NCBI GenBank assembly: GCA_022703585.1
Contig: JAKLDJ010000001.1
Span: 310,891-374,890 of the forward strand
Direction: 5' to 3'
Length of the DNA stretch: 64,000 nucleotides
Source of the DNA: Candidatus Omnitrophota bacterium
Lineage (GTDB): Bacteria > Omnitrophota > Gorgyraeia > Zapsychrales > JAKLDJ01
A program made the position numbers and the translations under genes. This document shows positions 28,001 to 43,000 of the stretch, one piece after another. The notes beneath the pieces are model-generated. The model searched no databases. It saw only the letters and a list, made by a program, of their open reading frames with translations, and was not told where the DNA came from. The stretch's first letter is position 1, and each line of letters opens with the position of its first letter.

Positions 28001-31000
28001 TGCTGTAGCAAGACATCGCAAAAGTTTATCCCGGAACGAGGCATTATTATCCTTGCGTATCCCCGCCACAAAGACGGCGGGCCCCGCCAGAAGCAGCGGG
28101 GCAAGCAGGCCCGCCATCACCGCGGGCAGGACGGAAAGTAGGCCGAATATTTCCTCACCCGGCACAAAGGCGGCGAGGGTGATTTCTTCTTCGGCTTCAT
28201 TGGCGGTTGTATCAAAATGGGTACTTGCCGCATCGTTGGCGGGGCCGTTTTCTACTAACGCCTTAAATGCCGGGTTAGCTGACAGCCATTTTGAGAATTG
28301 ACTAACGGCCTGCTGCGGGTCGGCCCTGAACATATCCGTAATTCTAGACGGTAAAGGCTGAACATCGGAAACCGCGTATTGGGAATAATAGGTTAACATG
28401 GCACGGAGGATCTCTTCGGACAATAGAATATCTACCAGCTTCCGCGGTATGCTCTTTGGCTTAAATTCACCGGCCTGATCCCTGTTATCCGATGCCGCCA
28501 GGTTGATAATGTCCTCGAATAGATAAAGCAGTTCTATTTTTGTCATTAAGCCTTCGTCTGAAAAGATAACATATTCCGCCTGCTCAAAAGAGACTACTTC
28601 TTTACCTTTTAGGGCGCTGTCTAAGCTTAACGCAAAAGCAAATTGTTTTACTTTAGCCTCGCTTCTTTCTTTTTCCTCCCCGACAAATAGGTGTCTGAAC
28701 CTCGGGCGCTCAAAGAAAGACAGGAGAATATCTTTAAAGTTTTGCGGCGCAACCTTCTTACGAAGGTATTCCGAACGAGTGGGGCACGTCGCCAGCTCTC
28801 TTAAAGGAAGATCCAAGAAGGGCTCAAAGGTGCATGGCTTGATTTTGGAAAGTTTTGCGATAAGCCGAGTTAAAAGAACTTCCATGCTATACCCTCGGGG
28901 AACTGCCTTTCCCAATCGTCTGGCCGCCTCTACCGATTTCCGGGTCGCATAGAATATTGTTCCTATAGATATTTCATGGACTTGCATACGCGGTCTTCCA
29001 AGACGTTTAAGATGCCCTTGCAGCCTTGATTCAAAATCCAGGTAGGCACTACGGTCATCGTACATGTACTCATGGGGCCGGATTTTAGGATATTGCGAGA
29101 ATTCTTCTCTAAAAATAGCTAAGACCTTGGCCATGCGCGCATACACTTCGTCTTCATCCAACTTCATTGTCTTGGCCATTCTTTTCACGGCATAAGAATC
29201 CCAGCTTAAGTTCATCCTGAATTCATTTTGAAGCAGATTATTCAGCCTCTTAAAGAATGGCTGGGCTTCTTCGATGTGCTCGACAAGCCAGAAACCGTTC
29301 GTGGTAAATTCCAGTGAGAAATAATTATCTCTGAGGCCCTGCGGGTGCTTGTCCCGGTACTCGGCCACCACTTCCATGACATCCCAGAAAGATTCCTGGT
29401 CGTCGAGAGTATCCTCGCCAACAAGGTAGATGTGATACATTTGCATATTGGAAACTGCTTCGTTAATAATGCCGGAGATATACGCCCGCCTTTCTTGTTT
29501 GTCGCCTCTGTCGCCTGCTGTGGCGGAATTGGATACCTTGCGTCTTTCGCTGATGGTTTTTCCGAGATAACAAAACGAGCAGCGGCCGGAACACGGTTTT
29601 CCCGTACGATTAGTCTGAATCATAAGCGTACGGTCATACGAAGACGCGATAGATCCTTCATATCTGACTTTATCCAGCAATGCCTGAAGACGATTGACAA
29701 CTAATTGTCTGTCCTCTATCTGGCCCATCGCCATCCCCAAGTTAATGAGCTGCCCGAGGGCCAGGAGTAAAGAAATCCCCGGCACGAAGGCGTGGGAATC
29801 GGTCTCTGCCTGATCCTTAGAGGAATCAACGAGCGTATAAGCAATTTTTATGCGGTTCACTTGCACCCGTTCAATAACCACATCAAATAGCTCGCGAGGC
29901 GCATCTGTTTTTGAGTCGGTGTAGGTAATCTGTGAGGTTAAGAAGATTCTAAAATCAAATTTTCCGCTTGCCAAAAACGGTTCAACTTTCCACGCGCCCA
30001 TCCCTTCAAGCACGACAACATCGTACCTTCCCGAATTAACCGCTTCATCAACAGCTTTTGCCGCCTGATCATAATTCCAAAAGTCGTGCCCCGTATCACT
30101 ATGCCTGGCTTTGACAAGATAACGATCGAGATGAACAATCTTATAGGTGTACGGCCTGCGGTGAAAGAGGGTTCGAAATGCTTGGGCGAGAGAGCTCTTG
30201 CCGGTATTTTCATCGCCGTCCAAAAGCGCAAGGATTGGCCTCTTCCGGTTAAGTTCATCGATGCGCCGGATCATTTTTTCAAAGACCGATTTAAACGTGT
30301 CCGATGACTGGAGGACACTGGCTAAGACCATGAGACGGATTGCTATCCGGGTGAGAGGAATCATTAAAATAAGAATTCCGACAAACCCGAAAATAATTCC
30401 GATCGCTACGATTGGCCACGGCAGGGAAGCGGCGAGAACACCATCAGTTGACGGGGTCTCTGCCACCGGCCTGTACACTCTCATGCCGCTCTCATAGAGT
30501 TTGCAGTACGGGCTCGCGGGAGGCAAAACCATATCAATATGTTTAAACAACTCCGGCGACGGAAGTCCGCGCACCACGCTACCGGTGAGTAGATATCCGT
30601 GGTCCAATACCTGTCCGCGGATCACTCTCCAAAAAGAGTCTCGCGTCGCAAGAATACCGCCAAAACCCGGATTTTGAACAAGCACGACCGGAAAACGCTC
30701 CGTGATGCCGGCTAAATCTCCGACCAGAAAACGAATGTTAAATGCCCTATTCCGAAGCCACGGGGCAACAAATTTCTCTCCTCCGAATACAATACTCGCG
30801 GTCATTTGCCGGTCGGTCTCGGAATCGACAACTACCGAAGACCGGGACATGTCCACGTCGGGGAAGCGTTCTTCAATCGCCTGCCTTATTTGAACGGCCA
30901 TATCCGTAAGGGAACTCGGGAGAACCCGTCCCACCATCGTAATCTCTGAAGGGTCAAAGCAATCCACATAAACAAGCTCTTTAAGTTGCGGGAACATCCA

Positions 31001-34000
31001 AGCCAGCATCCGCAAGCTGTTGAGGTCAACCTCGCTGGCCGGATAATACAACGGGCCCTTGAATGTACGCCTGAATTCTTCAAAAGATTCAGATTCGGTA
31101 GTATCCCTTCCCTGCATCGTCCCTGCCAACGGCAATAATCCAATAAGAGAAATACCCGACAACATGAAGAGCGCGAATCCATGCAAAGTGCCGGTTTGAC
31201 CCGACTGACTATCTTGTATACTCTTAGCCGCCGGCGTCCCCCAAATCTCATCGATGGCTGCAGCTGCTGCCACACGAACCGCAGGACTGCCATTATTAGC
31301 GGCATTATATAATACGGTATACAGATTGGCGTCTTCCCGGTCGCCGATATGGCCCAAGGAACGAGCAGCCTCAACGCGCACGCTTGATTCAAGATCCGAC
31401 TGAAGCTTGGCAATAAGCGCGGGAACTGCCGTCTGGTACTGCTGGTCAACCATGGTAATCCCCAAGCTGCGGGCGGCAATAACGCCTAAGGCCTCGGCGG
31501 CTTTGATTCTGATCGTGATATCGACGCTGTTAAGCTTCGTAACCAAAGCGTTGATGGCATTCTGGTCCCTGGCGCCAAAATCTTTAATAACGGAAATGGC
31601 TGTCGACTGGGCGCGCAGTTCAGAGTTGGCAATCAACTCCAAGGCAATGGTTAATTCCTGGCCCAGCTGGCGGCGGATTAAAATCTCCAGGCCTTGCTGA
31701 GCGCCGTCTTCGATATCATTGTCTCCGTTAGAGAGCGTCGTAACCAGCAGAGTATAACCGGCTTCAAAAGTGGCAACCTCGCCCAAGAGGCGCGCGGACC
31801 ATTTGCGAACGATAGGCGACGCGGCCGTATTATTCAGAGTTGTGACCAGAGTCTCGGTTGTGATTGTCTGGGCGATGACACCTAATTCCGCTAATTCTTG
31901 ATAGGCGGCTGAGGCCAAGGTCTCTTCTTGGTTGGAATTGGTCAGCGTGTCAATGCGAGGCTGAATAACATTAGTTTGGACTAATATAAGTTCTTCATCG
32001 TTATTTCTAACAACGACCGCGGCAACGATAGTCTTCTCATCTGCCCACGTATATTCATCAATGTGTTCAAGGGCTTTAAGAAAATCTTCTGCGGTCCAAG
32101 TTGCGATATTCTTGACATCAGGTAATGTGGGAACCGGCTTCGTGGGATTATCCGAACAGCCCGGCAAAGAAACCAATAAGACCGGCGCGGCAATAGGCGT
32201 TAAAGCGACCATCACAGTTAACAACAATGAAATAACGCGATTGCGGATAGCGCGAACGAATTTAAATGTTTTTAAAGAAGAGGCCGCACCAGTATGAACT
32301 CCAAATCCACCAGCCACGGTTGGGGTTGAAGGTACTGGTTGCGGCCCTTTAAAGATCAGGGCCGAGGCAGGAGTCTTTCCAGCCACGGTTGGAGTCACCG
32401 CCAACGGCCCTTGGTTAAAATCAGAAGCCGCACCAGCAATGGTCCCAAATCTTCCAGCCACGGATGAAAGTGGGGTTGCCGGTAGCGGCTCTAAGTCTTG
32501 TGTCTTTAGTCTTTGGTCTGCAGTCTGTTGTCTTTCGCTTGTGCCCGGCGCAGCAGTCGTTTTCGCAAACCATTTTCTGTAAATAGCAATAACGCCAAAT
32601 CCTACAGCAGCAACAACGGCAAGGATTAAAGCTGCCTTGCTCACATTCACCGCCAAAACGAAGGGTAACATGATGGGATGAATGCCATGGAGGCCGGGAT
32701 TTTGCGGTGACGTTCCCGGAGTTGGCGGCAGAGAAGGCGTGCGGCCCGTGGGAACGTTGGGTAAAGCAGCTCCTCCCATTCTTTCGCTCACAGCATCGCT
32801 TACATGACCCGGTATTGCTCCTTCCCGAACGAGCTCTCTTAATCCTGCGAGAATATACTGCCTGCCTTCTTCTAATAATCTTTCGTCTTCGATTCTTTCT
32901 TGAGCAGCAACAGCGCGGTTCTTGCGGCTCGCAAATTTAATCAAATTCCTTATACTCCTGCAGAGGGAAACAAATCCAAAGATGCCGAGACCGACTGAAG
33001 AGACCAGGGCTGGTCCAAACCACGCGAATGTGACGCCGGCAAAAACGAAAATGCCCGTATAAAGGGCGATAGCCTTACGACGGATATCTTTAGGGAAAAC
33101 GAGGGCTACCGTTAATCCCACGGCATACACGACGCCAATAACTAAAACCAGGACTCCGGTGAGAAGAAAATCAACCGCGCGCAGATTTGCATCCCGGCCA
33201 AGTTCATTGGATTGAGCCGCCACGCGTTTAACCCGCGCCTCAGGCGACGGATATCTGTTGGTCAGCCACTGAATAACCGGCTCGAGAACAGGAATGCGGG
33301 ATTTGCAGATGATAATGATTCGATTGATTCTTAATACTTTATGAACCGCATCGCTAAGATCGGTAATCCCGATTTGAGCGAGGGCTTCGACTATCTGGGC
33401 ATCAACGCTGAATTCTTCCTGCCGGGACAACGGTGCGATGAATTTACGAATCCGGTATAGGATCATCGGGGTTTTTCGTTCACGCTTAAGATGAACGATC
33501 TCATGCCCCAGAAGATATGCCATGGCTTTTTCGTTAATCGCATTAAATCCGTGGCGTATAGATTCCCAGCCCAAAAGGATCTCGGCGCGGTTATTCTCAG
33601 ATCTGAGCTGAGCCCCGTAGAGGCCTTGTTCAACACGGATGGTTAGAATCGTACCCCACGGCAGGCGAATCACCGGCAATAGTTTTCCGAGAAAATCTTT
33701 GATCATGTCTTCAATCAGCCGCTCTTGAAACCGTGAAAAACGGCCAGAGAATACAATAGTGACTTCCCGAGCGGTCAAATAGTTCGGAAGCCCACCAACC
33801 CAGGGGGCCGGAGTTTGAGAAGCATTCCTTTCGACCAGCCACCGGCAGGCCAAAATACCCACGCCGACCATCGCCAGCGCCATCAAGGCAAAGATCTCCA
33901 GTCCCGGGAGAATAGCGCCTAAGGAGTCATCATCTTCTCCAAAATAAACTATGCCGCCTAAGACTTGCATAATCTTTCTTTGCAATGCGGCTGTCGCGTC

Positions 34001-37000
34001 AGACGGGCTCTTGACCGGCAGGAAACCTGTTGTTCTGTCAACGGTCACAAATAAAGAGTTTAAGAGAATCGTGATATCCCCTAAAAGATAGGTATCGGGT
34101 TGATAGACCGAGGTTACAAGAAGGACAGAGCCGGTATGGGTTTCTTTGATGGTCCACTCTCTGCCGTCGGGCAGTTCGATCTTTCTTAAGATACCGTCTT
34201 TGTCCTCTGATCTCCTCATCTCCTCACTCTGGTCAACCAGGGACCGCAGCTCTCTATTATCCGTAATATCCTCGGTGATATCTTTTACCGCGAGGTAAGG
34301 AAGGTGCATTTGTCTTTTCATCTCGCGGATTCTTTCGACCAATTCGCTCCGCTCTAACGCATCCATCCTGCGCAAGATTTCTTCCGTCAACATCCCTTGC
34401 TCGTAAAGGGCCTGCTCTTCGGCTGAGACATAACCAAGCATTTTAAGCGCGGCAGATGTCCTTAAGACATAGACTGCGGTATTAAATTCAGGAATGGCAT
34501 TTTGGTTGAACTTTTTAGTAAAACAGAAGCCTTCGCGAAGCTGGTTACGCCCGCCAACGGAAACAACCGTCCCGCCCGCCTCCGGTTTAACCGTAAATTC
34601 ATACTGGCTTGTGACATCAATGCCGTCTTTATACGCCCTTATGTAACCGGCAAAGTTTAAGTCAGAATAAGCGGCAAAGGCCTCAACCGGAGTCAAATCT
34701 TCTCCTTGAACATTGATAAGATCCGGGACTTCGATCCTTAAATCTAAGTCGCTAATCGTGTCCTTGACCGTATGGCTGCAGGGAACGGATCCGTCCGGCC
34801 CCCGCCTCTTTAATGTCTTCCAAACCTCACCCACGACTTTCCCTTCTTCTTTGTGGGTCACGGTAATCATCAGGGCTTTTTCGGCAACGACAACCAGGAC
34901 GTCCTTGCCCGAACGATGCAGGAGGCCGATGAACCCGGGATCGATAATCTGAGCTTGGCCTAAGTTATCAATATTCGATAAGAAGATAAAATGCGTGTTA
35001 TCTGCCACCATCTGCCTCAGCCTTCCTTCTAACGCCAGCCATTCAATAACCGCAAGATGGCCGCCCGGGCACAGATCGTTTTCTCCGGTCACCAGCTTAA
35101 AGATTTCTCCTGTCCGGGTCATTTTCTGGAAAACCCCGACCAGGTAGGGCCTAATTTTAGAACTAAAAACGGTTTTCGATAAGTGCCTCATAACCGAGTT
35201 ATGAGTAGAGTAGCTGTTGGCGAGATACACCGGGATTTCGGTTTTATAAAATCTTTCCATATAGCGGATATGGGCGAGTTTAAGATCGATAAATGTCCGC
35301 GCCTCACCCGCCCAGTCATTGATGATCGTGAACAAGGCCTTAACTGTCCCGCCAAATCGTGTCGCCAGGCCGCCATTGAGGATAACCTGCGCAACCCGGC
35401 TAGGCACCCTGATAGCCGCCTCGCCAAATGCCCTGTCCTGTGGGGTAATGGCATCGTAAAGCACTAAGGAATCATCTTTCACCGGCTGCTGTGCCCGCAG
35501 CTCAAGATTGCCGATCAGAGGATCTTTCCCGCTTAGAACGCTTTCGATAACTCCTGCTCGAACAGCTTCAAATTCTGCCTGATTGCCGGAGCCCGCATAA
35601 TCCCGCTCTGCCAAGAGATGATTTTGTAATTCTTGGGGAGAAGAATTCTCGAGCTCTCCTGTGCTAAGAAGATATCTGACAACGATGGGCTTGCCGCCAA
35701 AGATAAAATAGAAATAGGTGGCCGTAGGATAGCCCGAAGTTTCCATGATAACGATCGTCGAAATCGGGGTATGCCACTTAAATTCGTATTCGGAAAATTC
35801 AGCCTGCACTAAATCGTGTATTTCTTCAGGACCCATCCCCTCCCGGTTTAACGTCTCAAGGCGCAAGAAGATTTCCCTAAGAAGATTATCCGATTCGGAA
35901 GCAGTGACCATCCCCAGGAGCGCGAACGGCGCAAGGGCCAAAGGCAAGAGAGAAAAGAGCGATTTCTCTTCCTGGTCCGCATTGAGATCTTCCGTCAACC
36001 AAGCGTAGACATTCAGATAATCTCCCACGCTTCTTTCCCAGCCATTATTCGCTTGCATGGCGTTAATCATCATCTCATTCCAAAGTTCTTCATCGGAGAA
36101 CGCGGCCACGGCCCTGCGGACGGCAGAATAGAGTTGGTTGGTATTTTCCTGCTTCAACCCTGCATCCTCCGGCTTGCCGAGCCTGCGATAAACACCGTCA
36201 AAAATAAACCCGCAGCGTTTTTTGCCTAATTCAAACACCGTATCCCCGAGGCCCCCTGTCCTTCTCACAATCGGGAGGCATCCGAATCTCATCGCAATCA
36301 TCTGGAATAACCCGCTTGGCTCGTAATCGGACGGCATGTTACCCATATCTCCACCTGCATACAGCAGGTCGGCTAATTTTTTGCTGAAGGCGTTGACAAA
36401 GACAACAGAATCGTCCGTGAAACTGCCGGCTAACTCTTTGAGCTCTCTTTCCTGCGATTCGTCTCCGGAGCCTAAGATCGCCAAATCAAAACCGAGTTCT
36501 TCCTTCTTGCCTTCTTGAATCTCTCTGATCATTTGAGCGAGGATATCCAGCTGTTTCTGGTCTTCCAGCCTGGAAATGACAACCATTAAAGGACGCCGGC
36601 TATCGACAGAAAGCGAACCATAGACCATAGAAGATTTAAGATCAATTCTAGTCACATCGCCACCCCGGGAAAGAAGCTCGCGTACCAATTCCTGAATTTT
36701 AGAGCGTACCATCCGTACATGTTCGATACCGTCCTCGAGGCTATAATTAAGCCCGAATTCTTTTAATGTCTCGTTCGTGGCCGGGTTCCAGACTTCAAAA
36801 TCAATCCCGTTTAAAATACCGCCGAATCGTTCGTTGATATCGGCAAAGAGCGCATCGACTTCAAAAGGCGTATTTCTGATTTCACGGGCGTAACTGACAC
36901 TCACCGCATTAATATAATTTCCTTTAGCGCCCAGGGCCTTAATCACGCCGGGCACAATCGCCATCATATTGAGCTCTTCGGATTTGATGGCAATGCTTTC

Positions 37001-40000
37001 GAGCCCCATAAAGCCGCTGTTTTCAATTTCTTTTTGGCCGATTTCAGCAAGCCATTGAGCAGGGTATTTACCCTGGTAACCGCCGTTATGCACCGTGTAT
37101 ACGCTGGCAGTCTTCTTGAATTCCTGGCGGTAAATCGTACGCATATACAAAGGCACGAGGGCGGTATGGTGGTCACTGACGTGGATAGCATCCGGCCTCA
37201 CACCTAATTGTTTCATCATCTCCAGCGAACCGCGGGAAAGAAGAACGGAATCCCGGAATTCCAGCCGCATTCTCTTTTCTTTGTTTTCCTCATGCTTGGC
37301 GTAGGCCCGGACAAAGGCTTCCTTGTTATCGGCAACCAGCCAGTAAACGGTAAAGCCATTCACCTGGGCTTTTTTGGCGCGCAGAATTTCTATGCCGGAG
37401 TTAAACGGAATTTCAATAACCACACCCGTGTCTTCGGCGCCGTAAGATTCCATAACCTTGGCAATCGACGCAAAGCCGGGGAGGATAATACTGACCTTGT
37501 TGCCCAGCTTGGATAATGTCCGGAAATATTCATAGACATAATCGGCCTGACCGCCGACTTTTTCTCCTATCCTGGCAGCTTCCGTGGCAATGCCGACAAC
37601 CTCACCTTTGAATTGCGACACAACGCCAACCCGGCCGTTACCGTCAGGCAAATCAGCCCAGCCGATATTCCCCTGGGCGTCAACAAATTTGAATGTATAT
37701 TCAAAGTTTCTGATAGGCTTTATATCGACCCGGTAAAGCGCGCGGCCCCTGCTATTGCGGACAAAGGTCGCCTCGGTATCCGCCCATTCCCACGGATTCT
37801 TCATGTTGGAGTGCAAAAATGCCTTTAAGGTACCATCGTTGGGGCGGTTGGCATACGCTGTAAGCGTAACCTTTTGGCCAATCTTCATCGGGGCGGGAGA
37901 CTTTCTTAAATCGCCGCTTAAAGCACCTAAGGCGACAACCGGCATCATCGGCATTAAAAACAGGAACGCCCCCAATTCGGACGTTTGTGTTCCCTCATCA
38001 GTCTCTCCTGGCACGGCTCGCGGCACCTGCGTCACAAATACTTTTCCGTTGCCATACGGGAGGCTCGCCCAAGCAAAATCACCGTTGAGGCCTTCAAACT
38101 TCACGGTCCATTCGAAACTCCGGGCTGGGAATATCTTCAGTTCGTAGACGGCGCGGCCTTCAGCATTCTCGACGAATGTGAACGGCGTTTCAAAATCCTG
38201 CCACCGGCCGCTGATATCGGAATGAAGGATAACTCTCCGTGTGCCGGTTGCGTCAGGAAGATTACCATAGACCCTTAAAACGAGTCCCTGGCCTGCCTCA
38301 ATTTCGTGGCGCGCTTCTTCGAGGTCGCCTCCGAAGATGTTCGGGATGCGCCCTGCCAGGGCCTTTTTTGCCTCTTCGACAACCGTGTTTTCAAAAGCCA
38401 TTTGTTCCTCTTCGCTTCGGCCGAAAACATGCAGCGCTTCTTCGCGGGTCTTGACGCCTGCCGACAATAACCTGGCATATTCCTCTTCGGCAGCAATGAG
38501 CAGGGCATCTTCATACCGGATAGGACTATGCGTATGATATTCTTGCGGATCTTTAGGTAAGAACGGTTCCATATTTTCTGACACGGGAAGAGTCGGCAGG
38601 ATCTCCATGTCTTTCCTCGGGAATACAACGAACACGTACGGGCCGTAAGGATGCCGGGCCGGCGCATAGGGGAAGTAATGGGTCGAGGCCCATTCATAAT
38701 TTTTCGTTAAGGACGTCGGATTAGACCTGTTGCTGTAAGGTGTATTGAGCAGGGCGCCGCGGCGGTTGAGGACAACAGCCAGAATACCCTTAAACCCGAC
38801 ATTCCTCAACAGAAGTCCGGCACCTTCTCTTTGTATCCTCTCCCGTTCAATGTCATATCTGTACTTGTACGTTTCATAAACGCCAACATTGTTTTCTCGG
38901 TCAACAAAAGTCAGCTCAAAAATCATCTCGCCAAAGTCCGAACTTTGATATACCACGGTCGCTGGCGGATTACCGGACGGAACGAGCAGTGTCCCTCTCG
39001 ACCAGATCCTGTCCCCGACGGCATCAATCCTATAGGCGCGCGGTTGACCGTGCCGGTTAAGGATGATCACATCGCCGCATCCCCACAATTCGACCGGTTT
39101 ATTGCAGAACCTGCCTTCGTTGAATCGGGCGATTGTCCTTAAGATAGCGGCAAACCATTTTCCCGGCTTTAACTCACCATTTTTTGCGTTAGCCAGAATG
39201 AATTGCACAGATCTAAAATATTCCGGATAGGATATCATCCTGTTGATCAGGCGATTACTCGGATTACCTGTGCGGCCCAAGCGGTCAATCTCATAGGAGA
39301 GGAAAATCTTGAAGGCGTTATAAAGATGACTCAGGCGGGCCTGATCAGCGGCAAGTTCAGGGGATTCCGGCAAGGTGCGAACGGCGCGGACGTTTACATA
39401 GACGGTATTCCCGACCCCCTGGAGTAATGGGCCGGCCTTACCGTGAATCTCAAGAGCGAATTCTCTTTCTGTCTGGTTCATCATCCAGTCAATCAGAAAA
39501 TCTTTCTTCGCATCAAAACTGAAGGCCAAGGCGTCGAGGATTCGTTCGGCCTCAGGAAGAGCTGTGCCTTGAGGGAATGTGACGGTGATTTTATCATCGG
39601 TTCTTTGCACTCTCACCGGGAAGGTAACCGGTTCAAAGCCGGGAACTTCCTTCGCCATTACAGGGAATATCCCTTCCCAAATATTCGCCTCGTCCCGGAC
39701 TTGGCCCAGGAAGAAACTCGCCATCGACATAAACGGAATAATCGGCATCAAAGGCATGAGGGCGTTAAGAGATTCTTCAACAACCGACACTTCGCGCAGG
39801 CGGCGCTCAAAAGCGCTGCGGGCTTCGCTTAAATCTAGCAGATTGAAGTGGGGTAATTCTTCCTTCAGGAAAATGCCATGGCCGGCTACTTCAGGAACGC
39901 CATAACCGGTAATCATCCCTTCCGGCTTTGCCTTTCCTCTGGGGAAGATGTAAAGCCGGGTATCGGCTCCTGCCTGTCTTGTTACCCAGAGAATGTCAAT

Positions 40001-43000
40001 CATGTCTTCCGGCATGTGGAGGGCTTCGATTTTTCTGCTGGCGCCATCGACGATTTGCGCACGGGTTCCTTCGTAGACAAAATTCACGGCAGGCCAATTA
40101 TGGACACGGCTGGCATTATCAGGAGTCCGCTGAGTAAGTTCTTTTTCAACAATCGGGAATTGACCGAAGTAACCCTGGAAGTGGGCGTGCGTGCGAATGC
40201 TCCGGCCGGGGCCGTTCCAGAGAATGGACGCGCCGGGCATCAGTTCTGAAAGAATGGCCCCTATTCTGGAAATTTCGTTTAAGGACGGATAAACATTATG
40301 TTTGCGGTAAGAAATAACAAAGCTGGGCAATTCTTTCTTGTCATCGGTTCCCCAGAAGAACGGATTAACGTAGATATCCCAATCTCTTAAATTCGTATGG
40401 AACCGGCCTAAGTTAACGCCGCGTTCAACCAGCGGCATAAAAGCGCCGCAGAGATTACATTTGTTTTCGTCAGAATGCTGCTGTTTGAACAAATTCTTTA
40501 AAACGGTATCCCGGTAAATCTGTTTCAGCGCCAGATAAATGCCGTAGATGCCGTTTTTGCCGACATTATTAAGGATGTTGGCGAGGGCTGACTTTTTCTC
40601 GAGCGATATCCCTTTGGTGTAATTGGCGCCGCGATGGGAAACATTCACCAGCCGGTAATCTTTGCCGATCGGATAAATGGTAATACCTTCTAACTGTTGC
40701 CGTGTAATAAACCCTGCCTTCATTTGCTGCCGGGTAAGGTTCCGATAGGCTTCTTCAATAGTCGTGCCTTTGATCGGTCTAACCGCATTGCGCAACTCGC
40801 GAACCTTGCCGAAAAGAATGGCGAGAGCGGCAACAGCGGCAAGGATGGCGAAGCTCACGGGTTCAAACACTAATGCGGTAACATCTTCGCCGGGATTGGT
40901 TCCGTCGTTCCTGGGTTGATTGCCTTGTGCGGCCGGATCCGATGCCACAATGGGCCAAATGTTATACATAGGGAAGTTATCGCGGACATCCAGTGATTCA
41001 ATCAACGCCTTGGGCGCTGTCAAGACTCCCTTAATATCAAGTCGATCAAATTGGTCAACAGTCAAATCAACGATGAGCGTTTGCCCGGCGACATCGACCT
41101 CGGCATAACTATGGCCTTTACGTTCCGACTCCTGGCGTCTGATATAACGCGCCGTAAGACCGCTTTGCTGCGCCAATGTGACCGTGTGCTTAGCCCCTTC
41201 GGCACAAACAAACGGAAAATCATCATCAAACTCAAGAGACCTGCGAAGATCAGGAATAGTCTTGGTATCGTTCCAATGCCGGAGGATGACGTGCGTATCT
41301 CTTAAAATGGCCGCGAAGGTTTTAATCTCCCGCGCTTGGGCCGGAGTAACTTCAGAGTTTTGTTCGGCAGTTATCCAGCGGCTGAAAATGACGGCGAATC
41401 GTTCCGGGGTTAAGCTCACAAAGTCTCTGGCGTTAAAGTTTGCCGGTACCGGTGCATCAATATCTGAGCCTACCTCAGAAATATCCTCTTTCACGCTCAA
41501 TCTTTGGGCAACGATTTCTCCATCCTCAGCCTCCGGCTCTCCAAGATCAACTATATCTCCCAAGACTTCCATAATCTTTCTTTGCAATGCGGCTGTAGCG
41601 TCGGATGGGCTCTTGACCGGTAAAAAGCCTGTTGCTCTGTCAACAGTCACAAATAAAGAGTTTAAAAGAATCGTAATATCCCCCAAAAGGTAATCATCGG
41701 GTTGATAGACCTTGGTAATAAGAAGTACTGAACCTTTATAGGTTTCTTTGACGGTCCACTCTCTGCCATCAGACAACGTGACCTTTCTTAGGATACCGTC
41801 TTTCTCCTCCACTCTCCTCATCTCTTGACTCTGGTCAACCAGGGCCCGCAGTTCTCTATTATCCGTAATATCTTCGGTAATCTCTTTTGGCGCGAGATAA
41901 GGAAGATGCATTTGTTTCTTCATTGCACGGATTCTCTTGACCAATTCGTTTCGCGGTAACGCACCCATCCTGTGTAGAATTTCTTCAGCTGTTAATATCC
42001 CTTGTTCGTAGAGGGGTTGTTCTTCGGCGGAGATATAACCAAAAAGCTTGAGTAAGGCAGATACCCTCATAACATAGGTTGCGGTGTTAAACTCAGGGAT
42101 GGCATTTTGGTTGAACCCGTCTATAAAACAGAAACCTTCGCGCAACTGGTTACGCCCATCAATGGAAACAACCGTCCCGCCGGCCTCCGGCTTAACCGTA
42201 AACTCATACTGGTCCGTAACATCTCTGCCGTCTTTATACGCCCTGATGTAACCGGCAAAGTTGAAGGCAGGATAGTCGGCAAAGGCCTCGGCCGGAGTTA
42301 AGTCTATTCCCCCTATGCTGATAAAATCCGGGACATCAATGGTTAAGTCTAAATCACTAATAGTGTCTTTCACCGTGTCGCCGTGGGGAACAGATCCGTC
42401 CGGCCCCCGCCTTTTTAATGTCTTCCAGACCTCACCCACGACCCTCCCTTCTTTCTTATGGGTCACGGCGATCATCAGGGCTTTTTCGGCGACGACAGCC
42501 AGGACATCCTTGCCCGAGCGATGCAAGAGGCCGATAAACCCGGGATCAACAATCTGAGCTTTGCCTAAGTTGTCAATATTTGAGAAAAAGGCAAAATGCG
42601 CGTTGTCCTTCACCATATCTCTTAGCCTTCCTTCCAGGGCTAACCATTCGATAACGGCAAAATGACCGCCCGGGCACAGATCGTCTTCTCCGGTTACCAG
42701 CTTAAATACTTTTCCGTCCCGGGTCATTTTCTGGAAAACTCCGACCATGTAAGGCCTGATTTTAGAATTAAAACCGGTTTTCGATAAATACCTCATAACC
42801 GAGTTCTGGGTAGAATAGCTGTTAGCAAGATAAACCGGGATTGCAGTTTTATACTGTTTCTCCATGTAGCGAATATGGGCAAGCTTAAGATCGATAAACG
42901 TCCGCCCCTTACCGGCCCAGTTATCGATGATGGTAAACAAGGCTTTCACTGTCCCCCCGAATCGTGTGGCCAGGCCGCCATTAAGGACAACCTGGGCAAC

